64,000 bases of DNA, from contig CAWFFN010000005.1 in NCBI GenBank assembly GCA_963815115.1, positions 928,001 through 992,000 of the forward strand. Reading direction: 5' to 3'. A program made the position numbers and the translations under genes. Below the pieces are notes generated by a model. The model did no database searches. It was not told the origin of the DNA and saw only the letters and a list, made by a program, of their open reading frames with translations. The stretch is from an uncultured delta proteobacterium. GTDB lineage: Bacteria > Desulfobacterota > Binatia > DP-6. Of the stretch, positions 1-9,516 are shown piece after piece (positions within the stretch are counted from its first letter, which is position 1; each line of letters starts with the position of its first letter).

Positions 1-528
1 GCCCGACACCACGCGGCCGGTGAACGTCAGCTCCTTGGCGACGTCGAGCCGCACGAGATGGCGCAGCGTCTGGGTGCCGCTCATGTCGGGGATGAGACCC
101 CAGCGCACCTCCATCACCGACAGCCGGGCGTCCGGCGCGACCAGGCGCAGGTCGGCGGCGAGCGCGATCTGCAGTCCGCCCCCGAACGCCACGCCGTGCA
201 CGGCCGCGATCACCGGCACCGGCACCTCCGCCCACACCCAGGCGGCGCGCTGCGCGAAGTTGACGGCGTCGCCGGTCTCGCGCTCGGCGAGGCGCTGGCC
301 GCCGCCGCCGTCGAGACCCATGAAGCTCGCGAAATCGAGCCCTGCCGAGAAGCCGCGGCCCTCTCCCGACAGCACCACCGCACGCAGGGACGGATCGCCC
401 GCCAGCCGCCGGCCGGTAGCGACCAGCGCCTCGAACATCGCCGGATCGAGGGCGTTCAGCTTGTCGGGGCGGTTCAGCCGGACGTCGGCGACGCCGCCGC
501 TCGTCTCCACGTGCATGCGCTCGGACAT
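1..528 (-). CDS. Enoyl-CoA hydratase/crotonase family protein (3' end runs off window)
   Basis: Manually translated: MSERMHVETSGGVADVRLNRPDKLNALD...FSAGLDF...PVIAAVHGVAFGGGLQIALAADLR...EVRWGLIPDM; classic crotonase motifs; absent from ORF track because truncated. Confidence 0.9.
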   Translation of the reverse strand, partial: MSERMHVETSGGVADVRLNRPDKLNALDPAMFEALVATGRRLAGDPSLRAVVLSGEGRGFSAGLDFASFMGLDGGGGQRLAERETGDAVNFAQRAAWVWAEVPVPVIAAVHGVAFGGGLQIALAADLRLVAPDARLSVMEVRWGLIPDMSGTQTLRHLVRLDVAKELTFTGRVVSG

Positions 529-609
529 GCCCGGTGTATCGAGCCTGGGGCGCGCCGGGTCAAGCCGCGGTCCGGGACCGGCAGCGGCGCTACGCGTCGA
601 TGCGATCGC

Positions 610-1260
610 TCAGGCCAGCGAGGCGCGGCGCGCGCGCACCCACTCCACCACCAGCGGCAGGATCGAGATCACGACGATCGCCAGGATGACGGCCTCGAAG
701 TTCTGCTGCACGATCGGCATGCGTCCGAAGAAGTAGCCCGCGAGGGTGAGGCCGAACACCCACACGCATCCTCCGGTCACGTTCCACATCGCGAAGCGCG
801 GGTACGACATCTCGCCGATGCCGGCGATGAAGGGCGCGAACGTCCGCACGATGGGCACGAAGCGCGCGAGGAAGATCGTCTTGCCCCCGTGGCGGGCGTA
901 GAACTCGTGGGTGCGCCGGACGTGCTGCGGATTGAGCAGGCGCGAGCGCGGGCTGGAGAACACCTTCGGCCCCAGGTAGTGGCCGATGGCGTAGTTGGCC
1001 GCGTCGCCGAGCACGGCGGCGGAGACCATGACGAGCAGCAGGAGCGGGAGCGAGAGCGGCGATCCGTCGATCGAGGCGAGCGCTCCCACCGCGAAGAGCA
1101 GCGAGTCGCCGGGCAGGAAGGGCGTGACGACGAGCCCGGTCTCGCAGAAGAGCACCACGAAGAGCACGACGTAGAGCCAGGGACCGAGCGTGCCGGCCCA
1201 CACGTTCAGGTGCCGGTCGAGGTGCAGCAGGACGTCGATGATGGTGCCGATCAAGTCCAC
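610..1260 (-). CDS. dedA: DedA/SNARE-associated family membrane protein
   Basis: FCETGLVVTPFLPGDSLLF, LARFVPIVRTFAPF motifs. Confidence 0.92.
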   Translation of the reverse strand: MDLIGTIIDVLLHLDRHLNVWAGTLGPWLYVVLFVVLFCETGLVVTPFLPGDSLLFAVGALASIDGSPLSLPLLLLVMVSAAVLGDAANYAIGHYLGPKVFSSPRSRLLNPQHVRRTHEFYARHGGKTIFLARFVPIVRTFAPFIAGIGEMSYPRFAMWNVTGGCVWVFGLTLAGYFFGRMPIVQQNFEAVILAIVVISILPLVVEWVRARRASLA

Positions 1261-1294
1261 GACGGGTCCACGAGGGCTCCGGGCGGCGGCGCTC

Positions 1295-2041
1295 TCAGGC
1301 GCCGCGCTGGAAGCGGAGCGGCACCCCGTGGCACCGTTCCGGGTCGAGGTGAAAGCCGCCGCCCGTCGCCGTCGGCGCGAAGGCCGCCAGGGCGGGACGC
1401 GCGGCGCCGAGATCGGTCACGTCGAGCACCAGGCCCGTGAGCCCCTCGCCGTCGGCGTCGTCGGCGACGAAGCGGAGCCGCACCCCGCCTGCCGCCACCG
1501 CGTCCGTGCCGAGCCGCTCGAGAGCGAGCTTGCCGGCGAACAGCTCCGCGGCGCCTGCCACGTCGCGGCTGCGGGCGGTGACCTCGGCCAGGGCGAGCCC
1601 GGCCAGCGGACCGCTGCCCGCGGGAGCGTGATGCGACTCGCCGGGCGGCGGCGTGGCGAACTCGACCAGCACGCCGCGCGTACCCTTCGGATGGAGGAAG
1701 CAGATGGTCCCGGCGAGACCGGCGCGCGGCGTCTCGTCGATGAGCGGAAAGCCGGCCGCGCGCGCGCCGGCGAGCTCGGCGCCGACGTCCGGGGTCTCGA
1801 AGCACACGTGGTGCAGGCCCTCGCCGCGCTTCTCGAGAAACCTGGCGACACCTCCCTTGGCGTCGACCGGCTCGAGGAGCTCGATCTCGCTGCGCCCGAT
1901 CGGAAGCAACGCCGCCTTGACGCCCTGGTCGAGCACCGTGGCCTGCTTCGAGACGCGCAGCCCCAGCCCGTCGCGCCAGAACGCCAGACCATCCTCGAGG
2001 CGCTGCACCACGAGGCCGACGTGATGCACGCGGGTCAGCAT
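1295..2041 (-). CDS. mce: Methylmalonyl/ethylmalonyl-CoA epimerase with C-terminal extension
   Basis: MLTRVHHVG...EIELLEP...FLEKRGEGLHHVCF...FLHPKGTRGVLVEF; start taken at ATG 2041. Confidence 0.85.
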   Translation of the reverse strand: MLTRVHHVGLVVQRLEDGLAFWRDGLGLRVSKQATVLDQGVKAALLPIGRSEIELLEPVDAKGGVARFLEKRGEGLHHVCFETPDVGAELAGARAAGFPLIDETPRAGLAGTICFLHPKGTRGVLVEFATPPPGESHHAPAGSGPLAGLALAEVTARSRDVAGAAELFAGKLALERLGTDAVAAGGVRLRFVADDADGEGLTGLVLDVTDLGAARPALAAFAPTATGGGFHLDPERCHGVPLRFQRGA

Positions 2042-2107
2042 GGGAGGGGCGTCTCTACCAGGCGCTTCCGGGGCCTGCAAGGCGACATGGGCCTCCGCGC
2101 GGATGCC

Positions 2108-3145
2108 CTAGAACGTGAAGCTGCCGAAGCCGACCGTGATGCCGGCGGAGCCGACCACGAGCAGCACGCGGGCGCCCCGTTCGAGTCGCCCGGCGTCGCG
2201 CGCGACGCTCAGGCCCAGCGGAAGCGCAGCCGAGACGGTGTTGCCGTACTCGCGATGGGTGGGGAAGAACCGGTCCTCCATGCCGAGGCGACGGGCCACC
2301 AGCGTGCAGGCCGGCTCGCTCGGATTGTGACCGAAGCCGATGTCGGCTACCCGCGCCCGGAGCTCCGGCAGCGATTCCCACACCTCGCCCACGCGGCGTA
2401 TGCCCGCTGCCACCAGCGGGCGGGAGAGCGAGAAGAGACGGTCCGGCACGCAGCGGACGTCCGGGACGCCGGGATGGAAGTCCGCCAGCCCGCGGAGCGG
2501 AAGCACGCACAGCTCGAAGAACTCCGGAAAGGTGCGGAACGCGAACAGCCAGTCGTCGTGGCCCCGATCCGCCACCAGGACGGTTGCCGTCGCCGCCTCG
2601 CCGATGGTGAAGGAGGCGAGGCGGTGCTCGAGCGCGCCCGCGTCGTCGAAGCGGAAGTCGGCCCAGGCGCGGTAGAGTCCGCACTCGCACCCGACGATCA
2701 GGGCGCACCGATATGCCCCGGTCGTGAGAAAGCCGTGCGCGACGTGCACGGCGCGCAGCCAGCTCGCACAGGCGTCGAGGACGTCGAAGCTGGTCGCCTG
2801 CGTCAGCCCCAGCTCGCCCTGGAGCGCGGTCGCCATGGCCGGCTCGAGCCAGCCGCGGCCGACGGCCGCGTAGATGACGAGATCGACGTCGGCGGCCGCG
2901 ACGCCCGCCTGCTCGAGCGCCTGGCGGCTGGCGCGCAGGCCGACGTCGACCGCCTTCTCGCCGTCGGCGAGCACGTGACGCACCTCCGTCCCGGCGGCGG
3001 CGCAGAAGGCCTCGACCGCTCCGGTGACCGCCGCGAGCGAAGCTGCGTCGAGCCGGTCGCGGCTGTGGCTGCGGATGAGGTCGAGGACGTCGGCGTTGGT
3101 GAGGCGGCGGCGCGGCAGCGCGTGCGAGATGGCGGCGATTCGCAT
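2108..3145 (-). CDS. 3-oxoacyl-ACP synthase III / OleA-like thiolase-fold condensing enzyme
   Basis: EPAMA, FDVLDACASW (catalytic Cys), TIGEAATA, GHNPS (His), YGNTVSA (Asn). Confidence 0.85.
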   Translation of the reverse strand: MRIAAISHALPRRRLTNADVLDLIRSHSRDRLDAASLAAVTGAVEAFCAAAGTEVRHVLADGEKAVDVGLRASRQALEQAGVAAADVDLVIYAAVGRGWLEPAMATALQGELGLTQATSFDVLDACASWLRAVHVAHGFLTTGAYRCALIVGCECGLYRAWADFRFDDAGALEHRLASFTIGEAATATVLVADRGHDDWLFAFRTFPEFFELCVLPLRGLADFHPGVPDVRCVPDRLFSLSRPLVAAGIRRVGEVWESLPELRARVADIGFGHNPSEPACTLVARRLGMEDRFFPTHREYGNTVSAALPLGLSVARDAGRLERGARVLLVVGSAGITVGFGSFTF

Positions 3146-3173
3146 GGCGGGATCTGCGTGCCGCGGACGCCCG

Positions 3174-5753
3174 CTATTCCGCCTGGATGCCGGTCAGGAT
3201 CGGCTGTCGCGTGGCGTGTCGCGCGGCGCCCCAGCCGGCCAGGATGGTGGCGACCAGGACGAGGGCCACGAAGCGGGCGGTGGTGGCGAACGCGAAATGG
3301 AAGTCGAGGTAGTAGCCCAGGAGATAGCGATAGTTGACGTCGAGCCAGATCCAGGTGGTCACGACCCCGAAGAACAGACCGAGCACCGACCCGAGAATCC
3401 CGATGGCAGCCGACTCGATCACCACGGAACGCCGCACCGTGCGCTCGTCGGCGCCGATGACGCGCCAGAGCGCGAGCTCGCGACGGCGCTCCCATAGATC
3501 GGCCAGCAGCAGGTCGAAGATGCCGGCGAGGGTGACGATGACGATCAGCAGCTCGATGGCGACGGTGAAGGCGTACGCCTCGTCGATCTTGCGCGCCAGA
3601 TAGTCGACGCCCTCCTCCAGGGACTGGACCTTCAGCCGATAGCGGTTGCTGAACGTCTCCAGGATGAGACGGCGGACGGCGTCCCGCGACGCACCCGGCT
3701 CGAGGAAGACGAGGATGCGATTCACCGTGGGCTCCCGCCAGTGGGTGACGAAGACGGATCGGCTGAGGATCACCGTGCCCCGGTTCGAGACGTAGTCCGG
3801 TACGATCCCGACCACCGGCAGGGTGAGGACCCCGCTCGGCGTGTCGAGGTCGACCGGATCGCCGAGCCGCTTGCCGAAGCGATCGGCGAAGCTCTCCGAC
3901 ACGTTGATGCCTCGCCCCTCTCGCACCGCGCGGGCGGCGCTGTCGGGGTCGCCGGCGCGATACCACGACCTCGGGTAGCGCGACGGCTCGAGCAGCCCGT
4001 CGCTCAGCGCCGCGAGCGCGACACGCTGGCCCTGGTACATCATGCCGGGAACGATGCGCAGCATGTCCGTCGCCCGGACGCCGGGCAGCGCTCGCAGATC
4101 CACCGCCAGCGTCGCCGGGATCGGGCTCTCCAGCCATCCGCCCTCGGTGGCGACCGCGCTCACCGCGAGGTCGCTCGCGAGGAAGCCGTTGACGAAGTAG
4201 CCCTTCACGGACGTCCGGTGGCTCAGGGACAGCGAGGCGACGGTGATCGCGACGGCGAGCACGAGCGCGATGGCGGCGACGGTGACCCCGGTGCGGGTCG
4301 GCGCACGCAGCAGGCTCTCCGCCGCCACGCGTCCCTCGGGTCCGAACAGCCGTGCCAGCCACCGCCCGAGGAGCCGCGCCGACACGTGCACCAGCGGCAC
4401 GGCGATGACGATCGCCGACGCCAGCCAGAGGGTCGAGCCGATGTTCCCCCACAGGCTCGACTTGAGCCGCACCTCGAGGGCGAGTGCCGCCACCACGACC
4501 GCGCTGGTGGCCAGCCACAGCACGACCAGCAGACCGACGCGCGTGTGCGGCCCCAGGCTGCGCGGGTCCGCCCGCAGCACCTCGAGCGGCTCGCGCGACG
4601 TGACGCGCCGGGCGGCGAAGTACGATGCGAAGAGCGATGCGCCGATGCCGGCGGCGGCGAGCGGCAGCAGCGTTCGCGCCTCGACGACGAGACGGTCGAC
4701 GGGGAAGCGGAGCTGGAAGATCACCCCCATCGACGCCGACACCATGCCGAGCAGCAGATGAGCGAGCCCGATGCCCAGCGGAAGCCCGACCAGGACGCCG
4801 AGCACGCCCAGCGCCAGGGCCTCGAGGAGCAGCAGGCGCAGGAGCTGTCCCGGATCGGCGCCGCTCAGCCGCAACGAGGCCAGCACGAACGCGCGGTGCG
4901 CCGCGCCGGTCGAGGTCGTGTTGTAGACGATGTAGATGCCCGCGAGGAGGCAGAGGAGGCTCAGGCCGGTGAGCATCGCCTGGAACGACGCCAGGATGCC
5001 CTCGTAGAGCGTGCCGCGCTGGAGCGGTGGCGCGATGCTCAGGGTCGGCGGGAGGGTCGCCCCGAGGCGGCGCTGTACCACCTCCGGCGCGGCGTTACCC
5101 CGGAGTACCAGGTCGATCTGGTCGACGAGGTGGTCCTTGCCGAGAGCCATCTGCGCGGCGGGCAGGTCCATCACCGCCAGCGCGCCGCCGAACGCCCGCG
5201 CCATGCCCTGTGGCTCGAGCAGGCCGCGTACGGTGAACGTCGCCATCCCCTCCCTCGTCGAGAGGCGGAGCGGGTCGCCCACCCCGAGTCCGCGGCTGGC
5301 GGCGAAGCTGGTGGTGAGCGCGATCGAGCGCGGATCGGCGAGCCACGCCAGGGTGTCGGAGCCGCCATCGGTGAGGCCGATGTGGTAGCGCGCGAGCGTG
5401 TCCTCCTGGGTCAGGTCGACGCCGAACAGCTCGAGCGTTTCGCCGGGATCGTCCGCCACCGCGAGCGAGCCGCGCACGAGTCCGAGCGCCACCTCGACGC
5501 CGGGATCGGCGCGCGCGGTGTCCACCGTGGCTTCCGGGAACCCGACCTCGCCCGTCCCGAGCGTGATCTCGAGCTGCGCGGGGCCGGCGATCAGCTCGAG
5601 CGTGCGCCGGAAATCGTCCAGCACGCTGCGGTTGATGATCGCGATCGCGACCATCAGGGCGGTCCCGGTGGCGATGCCGCCGATCACCAGCGCCGTCCGG
5701 GCGCCGTTGCTGCGCAGCTGATGCAGGCTCACCTGGCGGAAGAGCCGCAGCAC
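3174..5753 (-). CDS. ABC exporter permease (double MacB/FtsX type)
   Basis: 859 aa, two FtsX-like halves (RTALVIGGIATG; ERRRELALWRVIGA). Confidence 0.88.
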   Translation of the reverse strand: MLRLFRQVSLHQLRSNGARTALVIGGIATGTALMVAIAIINRSVLDDFRRTLELIAGPAQLEITLGTGEVGFPEATVDTARADPGVEVALGLVRGSLAVADDPGETLELFGVDLTQEDTLARYHIGLTDGGSDTLAWLADPRSIALTTSFAASRGLGVGDPLRLSTREGMATFTVRGLLEPQGMARAFGGALAVMDLPAAQMALGKDHLVDQIDLVLRGNAAPEVVQRRLGATLPPTLSIAPPLQRGTLYEGILASFQAMLTGLSLLCLLAGIYIVYNTTSTGAAHRAFVLASLRLSGADPGQLLRLLLLEALALGVLGVLVGLPLGIGLAHLLLGMVSASMGVIFQLRFPVDRLVVEARTLLPLAAAGIGASLFASYFAARRVTSREPLEVLRADPRSLGPHTRVGLLVVLWLATSAVVVAALALEVRLKSSLWGNIGSTLWLASAIVIAVPLVHVSARLLGRWLARLFGPEGRVAAESLLRAPTRTGVTVAAIALVLAVAITVASLSLSHRTSVKGYFVNGFLASDLAVSAVATEGGWLESPIPATLAVDLRALPGVRATDMLRIVPGMMYQGQRVALAALSDGLLEPSRYPRSWYRAGDPDSAARAVREGRGINVSESFADRFGKRLGDPVDLDTPSGVLTLPVVGIVPDYVSNRGTVILSRSVFVTHWREPTVNRILVFLEPGASRDAVRRLILETFSNRYRLKVQSLEEGVDYLARKIDEAYAFTVAIELLIVIVTLAGIFDLLLADLWERRRELALWRVIGADERTVRRSVVIESAAIGILGSVLGLFFGVVTTWIWLDVNYRYLLGYYLDFHFAFATTARFVALVLVATILAGWGAARHATRQPILTGIQAE

Positions 5754-5759
5754 GAGATG

Positions 5760-6476
5760 CTAGCGCGCGAGGGCGCGCGCCGGGTCGCGCGGCATGTCGA
5801 CGAGCGCCATGTCCTGACGGAGGGCGCCGTCGACCAGACGCAGCACGCGGTGGGCGTACGCGGCGAACACCGGATCGTGCGTCACCAGCAGGACGGTCAC
5901 GCCGGTGGATTCGTTGATCTCGCCGATCAGATCCATGAGCTGCCGTCCCGCGACCCGGTCGAGGTTGCCCGTGGGCTCATCGGCCAGAATGATCGCCGGC
6001 CGGATGACGAGCGCGCGCGCGATGGCGAGGCGCTGCTGCTCGCCGCCGGAGAGGTGAGTGGGATGATGGCCCGCCCGGTGCTTCAGGCTCACCTGGGCGA
6101 GGGCCTCGTCGACGCGTTCGTCGACCTCCGCCTGGCGCACGCCGTCCAGCACCAGGGGCATGCCGACGTTCTCGCGGGCGCTGAGAAAGGGGAGGAGGTT
6201 GAAGGCCTGGAGCACGTAACCGATGCGGCGGCGCCGGAGAGCGGCCGATTCGGCGGCGCTCATTCCCGCGACGTCCGCGCCGTCCACGAGGACGCGGCCG
6301 TTCGTCGGGGGCGTCAAGCCGGCGATCAGGTGCAGCACCGTGCTCTTGCCCGACCCGCTCGGGCCGGTGAGCGCCCAGAACCCCGCGGGCGGGCACGCGA
6401 AGGAGAGATCGTCCACGGCGCGGACCGCGGTCTCGCCGCTGCCGAAGACCTTGGTGACCTGACGGAGCTCGATCAT
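5760..6476 (-). CDS. ABC transporter ATP-binding protein (LolD/MacB type)
   Basis: GPSGSGKS, LSGGEQQR, ILADEPTGNLD, VTHD. Confidence 0.95.
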   Translation of the reverse strand: MIELRQVTKVFGSGETAVRAVDDLSFACPPAGFWALTGPSGSGKSTVLHLIAGLTPPTNGRVLVDGADVAGMSAAESAALRRRRIGYVLQAFNLLPFLSARENVGMPLVLDGVRQAEVDERVDEALAQVSLKHRAGHHPTHLSGGEQQRLAIARALVIRPAIILADEPTGNLDRVAGRQLMDLIGEINESTGVTVLLVTHDPVFAAYAHRVLRLVDGALRQDMALVDMPRDPARALAR

Positions 6477-7029
6477 GTCCCGGTAGCGAAGCGCTCCCGC
6501 AGCTTCTGCGTGACCTCGTCGAGCCAGGCGAGCTCGGCCCGGACGCTGAGCTCGGCGCCGTCGATGAGGAGCTGCGTGACGAAGGAGTCCACCGGAGAGC
6601 GGGCGAGTCGGCGCCGGTGCACTCCGAGCAGGCTGAGCTGGCGCATGTAGGCTTCGCGCTGGTGATCGATCAGGCGGAGCAGCTCCGGCATGCGGGCCGG
6701 TCCGGCGAAGAGCAGCTTCACCGCGAGCTCCTGGCGGAGCGGCCGGGGCGCGTCGGTGGGGGGAGCAGGATGAAGTCGTCGAGGCTGCGGCGGCCCTTCT
6801 CCGTGATCCGGTAGAGCTTGCGGCTCGACTCCGGACCGGCCAGGACGTGCTCGATCAGCCCGTCGGCGGCGAGGCGGTCGAGCACCCGGTAGACCTCGCC
6901 GAAGTTGAGCTGCCAGAAGTTGCCCAGCAGCCGCTCGCAGTGCCGCTTGAGCGCGTAGCCGTGGACCCCGTCGGGATGCTGGGAGACGACTCCCAGGAGC
7001 GCGTAGCGGATGCCGGTGCCCTGGCGCAT
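6473..7029 (-). pseudogene. PadR family regulator, apparently frameshifted in a C6 run (likely sequencing error)
   Basis: N-half IRYALLG..HGYALK..GEVYRVLDRL..RKLYRITEKG and C-half RQELAVKLLF..AELAWLD are in different frames; adding one C at 6758-6763 joins them; GGAAGGAG SD before ATG 7029; stop overlaps ABC ATG. Confidence 0.85.
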
Positions 7030-7065
7030 GGCTCCTTCCCGAGATCGGGCGGTGGCGAACGACAC

Positions 7066-7096
7066 CACGCTGACACGCGCCCGGGCGGAGTGTCAA
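7066..7096 (-). promoter_or_regulatory. Putative padR promoter (-35 TTGACA) inside a TGACAC-N13-GTGTCA inverted repeat (candidate operator)
   Basis: TGACAC 7071-7076 and GTGTCA 7090-7095. Confidence 0.45.
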
Positions 7097-7387
7097 GGGC
7101 GAGAAGGGCGCTGCACGCCAAAACCCTTCCGATCCGGAATACGCGACGGCCGTCGTCCCGGCCTCCGTGCCGGCGGCGGCGCGCGGGATGCCCGGCCCGC
7201 GTCCGGCAGCTCCGCCCGTCACCCCGATGTTCGATGCTGCGCATCGAGCCGGTGGGGAGATGCTCCGGTGCAGAGTAAAATGTGGGCCTGCTAAGCAAGC
7301 TAGCATTGACTCCACGGGGACCCTTCTGGCAGGCATGATGGTGAGAGGACCGCGCCCGAGCGCGGGCGCGGTCATCGGGAGGCAACG

Positions 7388-7750
7388 ATGGAGCAGCAAG
7401 CGCGACGTGCAGCCGGACAGGGCGAGCGCGGCGACGACTCGGGGGTCACCTGGCTCGCCCCGCTCCTGCCACCCCAGGTCCTCGGACGTCCGTATCGCTC
7501 GCCCGAGCAGCAGCTGATGGCTGCGGTGCTCGAGGATGCCATGCGAGAGCTGTCGCGGCCCGTGCAGGTGTGGATCGGCGCGGCGGGGCGACAGCGGGCC
7601 GAGGTCCAGACCTGGTTCGAGTCGGACGATGTGGCGTGGCCGTTCTCCTTCCTGAACGTCTGCGAGGCGCTCGATCTCGACCCCGCGCGCCTGCGCAGGC
7701 GGATCGCGCGGCTCGGGTCGGACGGCGGCCGCGTGCTGGCACTGCGATGA
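7388..7750 (+). CDS. Small hypothetical protein (PEQQLMAAVLEDA...WPFSFLNVCEALDLDP motif)
   Basis: GGGAGG SD; protein-like composition; ATGA overlap with downstream Crp gene. Confidence 0.75.
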   Translation: MEQQARRAAGQGERGDDSGVTWLAPLLPPQVLGRPYRSPEQQLMAAVLEDAMRELSRPVQVWIGAAGRQRAEVQTWFESDDVAWPFSFLNVCEALDLDPARLRRRIARLGSDGGRVLALR

Positions 7751-8463
7751 CACCGGAACCGATCCTGGACGAACGGGGCGCCCGGAGCTGGGGCCCGGCG
7801 CGTCAGACGCTGCGCGCCCTCCTCGCGCGGCAGGCCGACCTCGGTCTGTCCGCCTCGGCGGTCGAGGCGATGGTCTGTCGGGTGCACTTCCTGTGCTGTC
7901 GCGCGGGAGAGCAGATCGTCTCGGGTTCGGCACAGGCGGGCGCCGTCTGCCTCGTCGTCGGCGGGGTGGTGAGGATCGTCTGCGAGGGCTCGTCGTCGAA
8001 GCCGATCACGGTGCAGATGGTCGGCGCGGGCGGCATTCTCCAGCTCGACACCGCGACCTGCGAGTCGGGCTCCGACGTGGTCGCCATCGCGCACACGCCC
8101 GCGCTGGTGGCCTACCTGCCGAGCACGGCGTGGCGGGAGGTGGCCTGCCACCTGCGCGTGGAGGAGAGCCTGCGCCTGGCCGCTCGTGCCTGGCAGACGC
8201 TGTCCCGCCGGCTCTACGAGCGCTCGGCGCTGCTCGCCATGCCGGTCGCGGACCGGGTCCTGCACCAGCTGCGGGTGCTCGCCCGCGACTTCGGCCGGGC
8301 GCATCCGGCAGGCGTCTGCATCGACCTCCCGCTCAGCCATGCCGATCTCGCCGGCATGGTGGGCGCGGCACGCGCCAACGTGACCCGTGCCGTCGTCGGG
8401 CTGCGAGCGGCCGGCCGCCTGGTGCGGGCTCCGGGACGGTTCGTGCTCGCGGCGGGTGCCTGA
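7747..8463 (+). CDS. Crp/Fnr family transcriptional regulator (divergent effector domain)
   Basis: C-terminal LSHADLAGMVGAARANVTRAV HTH; VADRVLHQL; start ATG 7747. Confidence 0.85.
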   Translation: MTPEPILDERGARSWGPARQTLRALLARQADLGLSASAVEAMVCRVHFLCCRAGEQIVSGSAQAGAVCLVVGGVVRIVCEGSSSKPITVQMVGAGGILQLDTATCESGSDVVAIAHTPALVAYLPSTAWREVACHLRVEESLRLAARAWQTLSRRLYERSALLAMPVADRVLHQLRVLARDFGRAHPAGVCIDLPLSHADLAGMVGAARANVTRAVVGLRAAGRLVRAPGRFVLAAGA

Positions 8464-8520
8464 AGCGACCAAGCTACCCAGCAAGCACGCATGCTGCCGC
8501 TCCGGCTTCGACGAGGCGTC

Positions 8521-8937
8521 TCAGCCGTCGATCAGCGTGAATCCGCGGGTCGTCTTCCCGATCCGGGCGCGGTAGGCGAGGAAGTCGCGCCGGTCGATCG
8601 TGAACACCCTGGTCGTCCGCAAAGCCTCCGCGGCGGCGACGAGCGACGCGTCGGCGAGGTCCATCGGGTGGTCCGCGTATCGATCCATCAGCTCGAAGGC
8701 TCTCGCGAGGGAGCGCTCGGCGAGGAACCACACCGTCATCCCCTCGGCCTCGACGAACGCACGCAGCGCACGGGCTCCTCGGCTACCGGGATGCAGCAGG
8801 TGCATCGCCTCGGTCAACACCGGCACCGTCGTGACGAGCCGAGCACGCAGGGTCTCGAGGATGCACCGTGCGCCCTCGTGGGCGTCGTCCTTGGGGTCGA
8901 ACAGGGCGACCAGCGGACCGGTGTCGACGAGGATCAC
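8521..8937 (-). CDS. vapC: PIN-domain toxin (VapC)
   Basis: GTG start: MILVDTGPLVAL...VLTEAMHLL...MDLADASLV...VFTIDRRDF; GTGA overlap with antitoxin stop. Confidence 0.9.
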   Translation of the reverse strand: MILVDTGPLVALFDPKDDAHEGARCILETLRARLVTTVPVLTEAMHLLHPGSRGARALRAFVEAEGMTVWFLAERSLARAFELMDRYADHPMDLADASLVAAAEALRTTRVFTIDRRDFLAYRARIGKTTRGFTLIDG

Positions 8938-9194
8938 CGACGATGCTTCGAGCGCAGGATGGCTCGAAGTCCCTGCTTTGCACGCCGGGCAGGCACGCGC
9001 GCGGAGCCACCCGCCCCCAGGTCGATCGCGCGATAGATCTCGTAGGGAGCCGCACCGCGCTCGTCGAGCACCGCCCGACGTGCTGCCAGGAGGCCATGCT
9101 TCAGCACACCAGAGACGGAGAGGCCCGTGTGGCGGCGGACCTCCGCGAGGGCGTGTTCCGCTTCTTCGTCGAGCCGCACCGTCCTGGTCGCCAT
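8934..9194 (-). CDS. Ribbon-helix-helix antitoxin (VapB-like)
   Basis: 86 aa, MATRTVRLDEE..LSVSGVLK; directly upstream of and coupled to PIN toxin. Confidence 0.8.
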   Translation of the reverse strand: MATRTVRLDEEAEHALAEVRRHTGLSVSGVLKHGLLAARRAVLDERGAAPYEIYRAIDLGAGGSARVPARRAKQGLRAILRSKHRR

Positions 9195-9213
9195 GTATGA
9201 CGTCTGTAATACA
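9194..9213. promoter_or_regulatory. Imperfect palindrome TGTATGAC-gtct-GTAATACA abutting antitoxin ATG (candidate TA autorepression operator)
   Basis: 8-bp arms with one mismatch, AT-rich in a GC-rich background. Confidence 0.6.
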
Positions 9214-9516
9214 GGTGAGCGCGGGCCGCAAGCGGACCCGGGCGTTGGCGTTCGACGCGTCGGATGCTGTGGACAGGCGAGCAGGAAGAGCCTACTGCGC
9301 GCGTGGGCTTACAGGACGGCCGAAGTCAGACGTTCGCCAGCGGTTCGACTTCTGCCGGGGCCCCTGGACAGCCCGTCTTCAGGGGGGCAAACGCGCGAAC
9401 CTTGACGCCTCGATATCGGGCGCTCGCCGGTCGCCTCGCCCACCACTCTCGCTGGGGCTTGCGCCGATCGGCACAGCTGGCCGACTACCTGCGCGTCCGG
9501 TAGTGGTGGAACCGCC

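Noticed and set aside
8476-8496. Sigma54-like motif on the minus strand (CAGCATG-N4-CTTGCT)
   Set aside because: Lacks the invariant -24 GG and points antisense into the Crp gene
8521-9194. vapBC as a sign of a prophage or mobile element
   Set aside because: No integrase, transposase, phage genes or target-site repeats nearby
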